Origin: a virus
Taxonomy: Duplodnaviria > Caudoviricetes
DNA length: 58,929 nt
Direction: 5' to 3' (one strand)
IMG/VR virus record: IMGVR_UViG_3300020400_000001
Span: 1 to 58,929 of that record
Shown here: in pieces, positions 19,123-26,918 of the stretch
Layout of the letters: the number at the start of each line of letters is the position of its first letter
Position numbering within the stretch: the first letter of the stretch is position 1
The notes under the pieces: generated by a model
Database searches by the model: none
Seen by the model: only the letters and a program-made list of their open reading frames with translations
Told to the model about the DNA's origin: nothing
Made by a program: the position numbers and the translations under genes

Positions 19123-19938
19123 TTATGGGGTATTTGCTTGACCACCCATACCTGAGTGATTAGTGCAATAGTAATAAAGTGTTGGTGTTCCTACAGCAAC
19201 AGTTATTCTAGTATAAGCTCCTGCATTTCCGGGAGTTCCTACAGTTGTCACTCCTGTAGTATATTCTGTTCCTCCCGCATGAGTACCATTAGAAGTTGTA
19301 GAAAATCTTAATGGGTGATTATTATTAGAAGCATCAGATTGGTCAAATGTATATGTTTGTCCTTCTGATAAATTTAGTGTTGGATAAACAACTCCATCTA
19401 TATAAAATCTATTACCGCCTCCAAAAGATGCTACTGTAACTGTATAAGTAGTTCCCGCATTTACATCTAATGTTCCTAATTGTCCTAATGCTTGATTGCC
19501 TGAAACTAAATTAATACTTGAATTATGAAGAACTGTATAAGAACCTAGGAGACTAGTTAAACTATTACCAGTCAATGATACGTTAATATTAACAGAACTA
19601 GCTCCACCACCGCCACCGCTTGCTTCAGCACCAGTTATAACTACTTTACCTAATTTTGCTTGAAGTGCAGAGCCTGTGCTATTAACAGGATTAAAACCAT
19701 AATAAGAAGCAAAATCTTTTCTATTTGTATCTGGTCTAGGATTAAACAAACCTATTGAATCTGAAGTATCAACTTCGCCTAAACGAAACTGAGGATGGTC
19801 AGGGTCTAAACAATATGTGCAAACTCTATTACCAGTTCTCTTTTGGTCTTGTACTTCATATTTTAGTTCAGAAAGCTTATAAGTAAATCCACATCTATCA
19901 CAGATACCTAAAGCTTTTTTGCCTACTGCATATGCCAT
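19123..19938 (-). CDS. Zn-ribbon protein fused to a cupredoxin-like C-terminal virion domain
   Basis: CDRC...CTYC at N-terminus; C-terminal YTFDQSDASNNNHPLRF...YYYCTNHSGMG. Confidence 0.55.
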   Translation of the reverse strand: MAYAVGKKALGICDRCGFTYKLSELKYEVQDQKRTGNRVCTYCLDPDHPQFRLGEVDTSDSIGLFNPRPDTNRKDFASYYGFNPVNSTGSALQAKLGKVVITGAEASGGGGGASSVNINVSLTGNSLTSLLGSYTVLHNSSINLVSGNQALGQLGTLDVNAGTTYTVTVASFGGGNRFYIDGVVYPTLNLSEGQTYTFDQSDASNNNHPLRFSTTSNGTHAGGTEYTTGVTTVGTPGNAGAYTRITVAVGTPTLYYYCTNHSGMGGQANTP

Positions 19939-19940
19939 AA

Positions 19941-20630
19941 TTAGTAGCTATTCATATTAGGAACAAATTTTACTGAAGCTCTTTCTCTATCAGCTTCAGA
20001 AACTTCTTTCCATAATTCATCATATCTTGCTTTAATCATAGGAACTCTAGCTTGAGATTGTTCATTCTTACAAGCAATGTTAAATGCCAAAGCATAAGTT
20101 AAACATGGTAAATATCTTGCTGGCACATCTGTAGTTAAGCTAGCATTAGTTCCTGCATCTTCAATTTTTTTTATAAAGTCATATATCAAAGTATATGTTT
20201 GTGCAGAATCAGGTGTTGCCCATACTCCAATCTTTAAAGTCAAACCTTTGTCTACATAATATTGAGTAGGTTTAGATTGCAAAAGTTTTTTAGCTTGATG
20301 ATTATATTCAGTTCTACTTATTCTTGTGAGTCTTTGGTCAAACTGTTCATCTTGGTCTCCTGCATCTGTTCTTAGAACAACATCAACTATTTCTAAAGCT
20401 GCAGCATCTGCATCATATAAATTAGCACCTGCAGTAAGAGTAATACTACCTTGCTCTACCTTCCAAAGATTTAATCCCTTATTTTGCCATTCAAGAAAAA
20501 TTAAATCTAAAGCTCTCTTAGCTGTATTGTAATCACCACCTGACCTTAAATCTAAACCGCAGAGGTCATATGCTTCCTCCATGATTTCAGTTATATCTAA
20601 GTTGAATGTATTAGTTCCGCTAGTCGCCAT
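19941..20630 (-). CDS. Head-tail adaptor (P22 gp4 / T7 gp11-like position)
   Basis: MATSGT..FNLD, EWQNKGLNLW, RISRTEY, KPTQYY, RYLPCL..LA. Confidence 0.65.
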   Translation of the reverse strand: MATSGTNTFNLDITEIMEEAYDLCGLDLRSGGDYNTAKRALDLIFLEWQNKGLNLWKVEQGSITLTAGANLYDADAAALEIVDVVLRTDAGDQDEQFDQRLTRISRTEYNHQAKKLLQSKPTQYYVDKGLTLKIGVWATPDSAQTYTLIYDFIKKIEDAGTNASLTTDVPARYLPCLTYALAFNIACKNEQSQARVPMIKARYDELWKEVSEADRERASVKFVPNMNSY

Positions 20631-20742
20631 ATCTAATTCTTATTACTGTTATGTCTCCTCGTTTTTCTTGGGTTACTATTCTTTGTTTTTTTTTACCAGA
20701 TTTTTCAATCTGCTGTTGCATATTAGTTCTAGATATTGTCAT
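20620..20742 (-). CDS. Small basic protein (40 aa, not in ORF track)
   Basis: MTISRTNMQQQIEKSGKKKQR...; ATGA overlap with upstream gene. Confidence 0.5.
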   Translation of the reverse strand: MTISRTNMQQQIEKSGKKKQRIVTQEKRGDITVIRIRYGD

Positions 20743-20978
20743 CTGTACCTCGCTGTTTTCTTTGCAATGTTCTTTGGTTGTTTGACAAACTGTTTGCCTT
20801 TTTTAGTTCCTTTTCTTTTGGCTCTAGTTGTAGCTGCATATTCTGCAGAAGATAAAGCTTTTATAGCTTTTTCAGGTAAATATCGTTCACCAGTTTTAGC
20901 TGATGGCTTTCCTGATTTAGTTCTCCATTTTTGTTTAGTCCAATTTTTTAGAGACCTTTGAGATTTTTTTAAAGGCAT
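20739..20978 (-). CDS. Small Lys/Arg-rich protein
   Basis: SLKNWTKQKWRTKSGK...GERYLP; highly basic. Confidence 0.7.
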   Translation of the reverse strand: MPLKKSQRSLKNWTKQKWRTKSGKPSAKTGERYLPEKAIKALSSAEYAATTRAKRKGTKKGKQFVKQPKNIAKKTARYR

Positions 20979-21277
20979 TAACTTCCAACTTTTTTCTGTG
21001 CTGCTTTATGTGCCTGAGAAAAAGTTTTGCCTTTTTTCATCATAGCAGTCATAGACTTCATATGTTTACTAGTATGATGTTCAGAATGTTTTCTCATTGT
21101 ATCTTGCTGTCTTTTAGTCAGGGCAGAAACATCAGCACCCTTTATCATAACTTTTTTTGAAGATGTTTTTTTTGTTGGACCTCCATCTTTCATAAATCCC
21201 ATTTTATTTCTTACATCATCAGGAAGTTTACTCAATCCTGTATTACCTTTAGGAACTTGTCTAAGTTGCTTTTTCAT
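20978..21277 (-). CDS. Small Lys-rich protein
   Basis: 99 aa, basic, contains FMKDGG. Confidence 0.65.
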   Translation of the reverse strand: MKKQLRQVPKGNTGLSKLPDDVRNKMGFMKDGGPTKKTSSKKVMIKGADVSALTKRQQDTMRKHSEHHTSKHMKSMTAMMKKGKTFSQAHKAAQKKVGS

Positions 21278-21465
21278 TTATACCCGCCTCCTTTTTCTTT
21301 ATAACGTTTAGCTAGCATTTGAGCTTTTCTCGCTGACCATTGACCCGGCTTACCGCCCTTGCTGCCAGCTTTAATTTGATTAAATAGTCTTTTTCGCATA
21401 GTAGGTTTTGTGTAATTACCTGCTTCATTGACTCTTGATTTAGATTTCTTTTGTCTACTCACCAC
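21274..21465 (-). CDS. Small Lys/Arg-rich protein
   Basis: NYTKPTMRKR...GQWSARKAQ...YKEKGGGYK. Confidence 0.7.
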   Translation of the reverse strand: MVSRQKKSKSRVNEAGNYTKPTMRKRLFNQIKAGSKGGKPGQWSARKAQMLAKRYKEKGGGYK

Positions 21466-21752
21466 TTGACCTTGTCTGCCCAGTAAGCTGCTGACATCTT
21501 ACCTTTTTTAATATTCTTTGCATGACGAGCTTTGAAGGATTTTCGTTTTGCTTTCATTCTTGCAGACTCTCCAGCTTTTGGTTTACCTGCAGTCTTAGCA
21601 CCTTTCTGTCCAAACCTAATGGTTTTTACTTTGCTGCCTTCTTTAGCAACAACGATATGAGACTTCTTAGGATGATTAGGAGTACGCTTAGGTTTGTTAT
21701 AACCTGATACTCCTGCTCTTTTTAAACGAGAGTCCTTCTTAGCTCCTGACAT
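21459..21752 (-). CDS. Small Lys/Arg-rich protein
   Basis: YNKPKRTPNHPKKSH...IRFGQ...RKSFKARH...SAAYWADKVKW. Confidence 0.72.
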   Translation of the reverse strand: MSGAKKDSRLKRAGVSGYNKPKRTPNHPKKSHIVVAKEGSKVKTIRFGQKGAKTAGKPKAGESARMKAKRKSFKARHAKNIKKGKMSAAYWADKVKW

Positions 21753-21907
21753 TATTTGCCTGTTTTACCACCACGAAACATTGCAGACATAGGTGCTTTC
21801 TTTTTCATAACTCCGCCACCCATATAAGTAGCTGCAGTTTGTTTTTTCATCTTTCCACCACCGCCATACATTTGTGGCTGTTTCTTTTTCATCATTCCAC
21901 CGGGCAT
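21752..21907 (-). CDS. Met/Lys/Gly-rich micro-protein (51 aa)
   Basis: GAGG RBS before ATG 21907; MPGGMMKKK...MYGGGG...YMGGG...MFRGGK. Confidence 0.65.
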   Translation of the reverse strand: MPGGMMKKKQPQMYGGGGKMKKQTAATYMGGGVMKKKAPMSAMFRGGKTGK

Positions 21908-21914
21908 GATTACC

Positions 21915-22214
21915 TCACTTTTTTGTAGCAGCTTTCTTTTTAGCTGCGGGTTTTTTCTTAGTTGCTTTTTTCTTTGGTGTTTTGCCACCAACATAAGCTT
22001 CGTTTACATCAGGTGTTGAAGGGTCATCAGCCACATAGTGACCTTTAGCTGTTCTAGCTCTGACACCATTTAGTTCATCTGCTTTTCTTTGAGCATCTTC
22101 TAAATCAGGGTCAGGTCCAAATACAACTTCATAGATACCTTCTTCATTTGCTTGTAAAACAAAGTATTGTTGTGGAAAACCACTTGTAGAAATAATTGCT
22201 TTCTTAGTTGCCAT
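21915..22214 (-). CDS. Small protein with histone-H1-like basic tail
   Basis: ADDPSTPDVNEAY followed by KKKATKKKPAAKKKAATKK. Confidence 0.7.
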   Translation of the reverse strand: MATKKAIISTSGFPQQYFVLQANEEGIYEVVFGPDPDLEDAQRKADELNGVRARTAKGHYVADDPSTPDVNEAYVGGKTPKKKATKKKPAAKKKAATKK

Positions 22215-22223
22215 AATAACTCC

Positions 22224-22628
22224 TTAAGAATATATTTTTGTCATTTCAAGAGTAATAGAATAGGTATCCCCATTACTAGCACCCTTGGTTGTAAAAAGAA
22301 CGTCACCATTCTTTCCACTACCTGCATTATTCGGTATTCCGCCAAAGTCTTTAAAATCCATATGTCCATTACTACTTTCAGCTAGCTCTGCTACTAAAAC
22401 ATTAGTAGAAGCATTAAAAAATATTTGAACAGACATACCAACGATGGCATGACTTACTCTGAGTATTCTTACCTCAGAACAAGAACGACCTGCATTGTCT
22501 GTACCTAAAGTAGAAACATCTACTTTAGCAACTGCAGATTCACCTGTGCCATCGCTGACATTGGTAAACTTCATAACACAGTTTCTTACGCCATCTACTA
22601 TAGTCTGGCTGGTTACTGCATCTGCCAT
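22224..22628 (-). CDS. Virion structural protein
   Basis: 134 aa beta-rich protein in post-capsid cluster, RBS present. Confidence 0.6.
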   Translation of the reverse strand: MADAVTSQTIVDGVRNCVMKFTNVSDGTGESAVAKVDVSTLGTDNAGRSCSEVRILRVSHAIVGMSVQIFFNASTNVLVAELAESSNGHMDFKDFGGIPNNAGSGKNGDVLFTTKGASNGDTYSITLEMTKIYS

Positions 22629-22637
22629 AATTTACCT

Positions 22638-23093
22638 TTAACTTAAGTTGTTGTTTTGGATATATAAGACTGTTGCTGTAGCTGCACCTGTTGTGCCATC
22701 TCCATTTGCTCCAGAAAAGTCTGCTAAGACTTGGATGTCAGAAGAACCTACATCGGTAGCTTCAGTATCTAAAGTGCCTCTAGTAGTTGCTAAAGCTTTT
22801 ACATTTTGTCCATCAATAAAAGCATTTGCATCTGCAGATGTACCAATAGAAACAGTTGCTGCACCACCATCATTATTGACAGTAGTTACATTTAATATGA
22901 CATCTATGATTTGTGAATTAGCTGGAACAGTAGCTACTACTTGGTCAGCAGCAGAAGCACCAATAATATCTAAGACTGCAGATTGTGCCATGACGACAGA
23001 ACCTACATTAGATACATCAGTACCAACAGTAGTTCCAGTTGTGTCTTTGATTGAACCAGCTTTAACTGGTCCTGAGAATGTTGTTGTTCCCAT
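22638..23093 (-). CDS. Virion structural protein (capsid-associated)
   Basis: MGTTTFSGPVKAG start, PANSQIID; strong AAGGAGG RBS. Confidence 0.65.
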   Translation of the reverse strand: MGTTTFSGPVKAGSIKDTTGTTVGTDVSNVGSVVMAQSAVLDIIGASAADQVVATVPANSQIIDVILNVTTVNNDGGAATVSIGTSADANAFIDGQNVKALATTRGTLDTEATDVGSSDIQVLADFSGANGDGTTGAATATVLYIQNNNLS

Positions 23094-23112
23094 TATTCCC
23101 TCCTTAAAGGAA

Positions 23113-23178
23113 AAACTCTATCATCTTGGGTTGTCTGCTAGGTCAGTTGATAGAGAAGTTAATTAAATCCTAGATATA
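23113..23178 (-). ncRNA. Structured element downstream of the capsid gene; candidate Mu-gpT-DE-type RNA motif
   Basis: Minus-strand stem CTCTATCA/TGATAGAG encloses CTG-ACCTAG-CAG, whose loop CCTAG can pair with an upstream CTAGG (pseudoknot); position downstream of a gpT-like gene fits that motif; family assignment unverified. Confidence 0.5.
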
Positions 23179-23179
23179 G

Positions 23180-23205
23180 AAAAAGGGGAGACCGAAGTCT
23201 CCCCT
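23180..23205 (-). terminator. Intrinsic terminator after major capsid gene
   Basis: AGGGGAGAC-TTCG-GTCTCCCCT followed by TTTT on the minus strand. Confidence 0.85.
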
Positions 23206-23213
23206 AAATTCTA

Positions 23214-24125
23214 TTAGCTCGCTCCCGGACTTGCGTAGATGCCTAGAGGGTCTGATACACCAAAGGAGTATCTTTCTCTAGCTTTATATCTAACATTTCC
23301 AGTCTCGAAGTCACCATCCATGCTGGTTGTCATTGGACTTCTAACGAAGTGCTTCATTCCATCAGGAATATCTGTAGTAATGAAGAAAGCGTTAGTGTCA
23401 GTCAGGTAATGATTTACAACAAAACCTTCAGGAATTACTCCATTAGTTTTGATTGCATTGATGTCATTATCTGCAGTTCCAACTCTGTAGTCACTTTGAA
23501 GTAGTCTAGTTGCTACGAATTGAAGCTCAGAAGGTATGATTAACTTTCTTGCTCTAGCAGCAATCTTAAGACCTCTTTCATCTGTGTACTTACCAATTTG
23601 AATAATAGCATCTTCTAAAGAAGCTTCGTTCAAATCTGCACCAGTTGTTGGTCTGTTTGAGTTTGTACCACCATTAACAAGTGGGTGTGCTGTATTAAAT
23701 AAACTTACACCATCACCACTTTGGAAAGAACTAAAACCATTGTTAAGTGGTAATGCAGCTTTCACTTGTTTTGTGTACGCCATAGCACGAGCCAAAGCTT
23801 TGGTATATCTGGCAGAAAGTTGCACATAGAGGTTATCCTCCATTGCTTCTTCTGTTACAGCAAATCCCATTGCTATAGTTTCGTGTGTATATCTAGCGAC
23901 AAAAGACTCTTGTGCAGTATCATAAGTGATAGCCGAACCTTCGTCTTTTACTGGAGCAGCACCAAATCCTGACAGCTTTAACTCTTCTTCAAAACTTCTT
24001 TCAGAGTTTTCAGTTGTATAGATTTCCTCATGCTCATTGTCATGAGTTGCGTACTCTTCGCCAAAGAGGGCATTTAATCCCGGTAGGAGTTGCTTTAACT
24101 CATTTGCTCTTGAAATAGCAGCCAT
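23214..24125 (-). CDS. Major capsid protein (Mu gpT-like family)
   Basis: MAAISRANELKQLLPGLNALFG, SERSFEEE, ARYTKALARAM, DFETGNVRYKARERYSFG; follows scaffold; terminator downstream. Confidence 0.88.
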   Translation of the reverse strand: MAAISRANELKQLLPGLNALFGEEYATHDNEHEEIYTTENSERSFEEELKLSGFGAAPVKDEGSAITYDTAQESFVARYTHETIAMGFAVTEEAMEDNLYVQLSARYTKALARAMAYTKQVKAALPLNNGFSSFQSGDGVSLFNTAHPLVNGGTNSNRPTTGADLNEASLEDAIIQIGKYTDERGLKIAARARKLIIPSELQFVATRLLQSDYRVGTADNDINAIKTNGVIPEGFVVNHYLTDTNAFFITTDIPDGMKHFVRSPMTTSMDGDFETGNVRYKARERYSFGVSDPLGIYASPGAS

Positions 24126-24137
24126 AATTTATTCTCC

Positions 24138-24725
24138 TTAACCGATACCAGTTGCGTTTAACAACTGATGTCCTACATTAAACATTACGAGTACATCAGT
24201 TTTTGCATCACCAATCGCACTATCAGGACCTTCGACAAAGTCGATAATCTTTAAAGGTAGTGTATTGGTAGTGTTTGCTGTACTCCCATCGATTGCATTT
24301 TTGCTTGTGCCGATAGCTGTTGAGCCTGCGGTTTGAACAACTGCGACATTCTTGCCCAAGTCATCTTGAGTAAGAGCTTCGTCAGATTGCATCTGCATTA
24401 CTAAGAATGGGTCAGAAGCAACATATGCCATAATATCATCCGCAGCAGTTGATGCTGGGTAATATTGATTAAAAGTCGTTTGACCAGTTGAAGGGTCAGT
24501 ATAGGAACAACCTAAGAATACTCCAATAGGAGTCATGGCAGTTGTGCCAGTATCCTTTTGGATTGTAGTGTTTGGGTTGTTATCTGCCCACTTAACAAAG
24601 TCACCATAAAAAATATCTGTGCCAAAAGCATTAGCAATTTTATAGTGAGTAATCTTTGCATTATAAGCAGCCGATACTAAAGAGCCTACTGGTCTTGCAC
24701 CCATAGGTGAAGCTGTTGAAGCCAT
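24138..24725 (-). CDS. Capsid decoration/cement-like protein
   Basis: 195 aa beta-rich protein (IFYGDFV, GVFLGCSYTDP) directly before the capsid gene. Confidence 0.55.
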   Translation of the reverse strand: MASTASPMGARPVGSLVSAAYNAKITHYKIANAFGTDIFYGDFVKWADNNPNTTIQKDTGTTAMTPIGVFLGCSYTDPSTGQTTFNQYYPASTAADDIMAYVASDPFLVMQMQSDEALTQDDLGKNVAVVQTAGSTAIGTSKNAIDGSTANTTNTLPLKIIDFVEGPDSAIGDAKTDVLVMFNVGHQLLNATGIG

Positions 24726-24775
24726 AGTATTTTACTCCTCTGCAATATTGCAGAAAAAAATTATTAAATTAGACT

Positions 24776-25279
24776 CTAAGAGTCTTTACCAAAAGTCGTT
24801 TTTGATTTGCGTTCATATACTTCTTTAGTAGCCATCCTACTATCTTGGTCTTTAAAAAAGGTATTATCAACTGCTTCTATTTGTTGCTGTGCAATATTTT
24901 CAAAGTGCTTGTTCCTTTCGTCTACAACTTCCTTTGGTATTTTGCATAGCAATAAACCAGCGATTTCAATATTACCTTTAGTTGCCCATTCAGATTGATG
25001 GTCCATCATATGTACCTGAAGCTCAGGGTGGTCCTCCAAACGACAAGGTTGCCATCCTTCACGAAACCTTCTTGATACATTAGGATTATCACTATTCCCT
25101 AAAAGAGAAGTTCTAATCCATCTGAAAACCCAGCCATCTTGTGGCTCAGGGTCAGGTAGGTTACTTTCATTTTCCCAGTTCATTTTTCTCTGGGTAGCCT
25201 CTCGACTATCTAATCCCCTAGGGGAACGCTCTTGATTTGGAGATTCAATAATCTCTTCAGTTTTATTTTCGTCAGACAT
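24776..25279 (-). CDS. Conserved head-module protein
   Basis: GWVFRWIR, REGWQP, GLLLCKIP motifs; between scaffold and capsid. Confidence 0.65.
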   Translation of the reverse strand: MSDENKTEEIIESPNQERSPRGLDSREATQRKMNWENESNLPDPEPQDGWVFRWIRTSLLGNSDNPNVSRRFREGWQPCRLEDHPELQVHMMDHQSEWATKGNIEIAGLLLCKIPKEVVDERNKHFENIAQQQIEAVDNTFFKDQDSRMATKEVYERKSKTTFGKDS

Positions 25280-26307
25280 TATGTTGCCTCCTTTAATAAT
25301 TGATTTGCATATTGCTCAGGACTAATTCCAAGTTGGCGAGCTAGCCTAACTTGTGTCTGAGTCAATCGTACTTGCGAGGGTTTTTTATTACTGCTTTCTC
25401 TCGATGCAGTTGCGACAACTGTTGAAGGTTGTCTTTTTGTTGGCTCTTCTGGTGCTTCCACACTTTCAGTAGCAACTCCAAAAAAATTTGGAAACTGGTT
25501 TCTCATAGCTATATCTACTTCTTCGTAGTATTTATCAGCTTGAGCAATGGGGTCTATTCCTTTGGCTTTTATGTTTTGGTCTACATACATTGCATAGCTA
25601 GTCATCTCTTTATGAACTGGCTCGCTTCCCATAAACCAAGGGTTCTTAGCTGCCCACTTTTGTAATTCAGGGTCTACCTGTTGTGGCTGAGAAGTTTCTT
25701 CAGCTTCAGGTATCACTAATTCTTTTTCAATCTCTTGTTGAACATTGGTTGCCATGTTAGTGGCTGTCTGTTCTGCTAGCACAGCTTTGGATAAAAGCTC
25801 TTGAGCCTCTGCCATTTTATCTGCATCGCCAGCTTCATAAGCAGTCTTGTACATTGCTTGTGCATTTTGTTTTGCCCACAAAGCATTGTTAGCTGCTTGT
25901 TTGTTTAAGACTTCTCCACCTTGGTCTACAAAAGCTTGTAGCTTTTGGTTTTCATTCATCAAGGTTTGTAATCTTGCTACAGCTTCTTGTGACTCTCTTT
26001 GCGCAGCTTCTTTAGCTCTACGCTCTTCATGAAAGTCATACTTAAGCTTATTAATTCTATCGCCTGCTCTTTTAGAATAATCAGTTATCTCTGCATCAAG
26101 TGCATCATCTGAAACTTCTGTTTCTGCAGTTTCGTCTTTAGGCGGTCTCCTATCTTCTTCAGGTGTATCGTCTACAACCTCTACTTCTAAACCTTCTACC
26201 ATAGAGGCATCTACTTCAGTAGTTTTGCCAAAGAATTTATCTTCTTCTGAGGTTATTGGTGTATCAGGTATATTAGGTTCTTCATGTATTATTTCTGTTT
26301 CGCTCAT
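25279..26307 (-). CDS. Putative scaffolding protein
   Basis: Acidic N-terminus, long coiled coil, WAAKNPWF, C-terminal LARQLGISPEQYA. Confidence 0.65.
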   Translation of the reverse strand: MSETEIIHEEPNIPDTPITSEEDKFFGKTTEVDASMVEGLEVEVVDDTPEEDRRPPKDETAETEVSDDALDAEITDYSKRAGDRINKLKYDFHEERRAKEAAQRESQEAVARLQTLMNENQKLQAFVDQGGEVLNKQAANNALWAKQNAQAMYKTAYEAGDADKMAEAQELLSKAVLAEQTATNMATNVQQEIEKELVIPEAEETSQPQQVDPELQKWAAKNPWFMGSEPVHKEMTSYAMYVDQNIKAKGIDPIAQADKYYEEVDIAMRNQFPNFFGVATESVEAPEEPTKRQPSTVVATASRESSNKKPSQVRLTQTQVRLARQLGISPEQYANQLLKEAT

Positions 26308-26684
26308 GCTCTTACTACTCCTGTTGGGTCATCAACGACTGCTTCCACAGTATCGTCATTTATTAAACGAAACTCTTGTCCATACATTACTATCCTAGTT
26401 CCAGAGTAAGCTCTAAAGATTACCCAGTCACCTTTCTTACACCAAGGCTCTGAAAATCTTTTTGTATCCTTATACGCATCTGGTCCTAGTTTCATAACAT
26501 AACCACAAATATTAGATACTTCTTCATCTCTTATTGTGGTAGATGCTTTGATAATACCACCATCAGTTTTTTCATCTGCTTGTGGCATAGCAACTAAAAT
26601 CTTCCATCCTTTAGGTTCAGGTAATTGTTTCCTTTTATCTTCTTCTACAGGTGGTGTGATTTCTTTCTTAATTGCTTCTGTCAT
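26304..26684 (-). CDS. groES: Co-chaperonin GroES family protein
   Basis: PKGWKILV, KTDGGII, VMKLGPDAY, KGDWVIF..YSG, FRLINDDTVEAVV. Confidence 0.88.
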   Translation of the reverse strand: MTEAIKKEITPPVEEDKRKQLPEPKGWKILVAMPQADEKTDGGIIKASTTIRDEEVSNICGYVMKLGPDAYKDTKRFSEPWCKKGDWVIFRAYSGTRIVMYGQEFRLINDDTVEAVVDDPTGVVRA

Positions 26685-26714
26685 ATTGCTTGCACGACTT
26701 TAGGAGTCGAGTTC

Positions 26715-26918
26715 CTATTCACGAGTATGTCTGTCTATCCAGTCAGCCAACTCTCTTTCTGCAAGGGCAATGCCCTCGATTATTCCAGAGAACCTTTTGT
26801 ATTCAGCAAAGTCTTTTAAGTTTCCTGCACTCAAATGGTCTCTGTGTTCGCTTTTAATCTCGCCAAGTCTATCTTTCAGAAACTCTGAAAGTGATTGCTC
26901 TTTGAAATCAATCGCCAT
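26715..26918 (-). CDS. Small head-module protein
   Basis: 67 aa from ATG 26918; EYKRFSGIIEGI motif; follows portal. Confidence 0.6.
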   Translation of the reverse strand: MAIDFKEQSLSEFLKDRLGEIKSEHRDHLSAGNLKDFAEYKRFSGIIEGIALAERELADWIDRHTRE

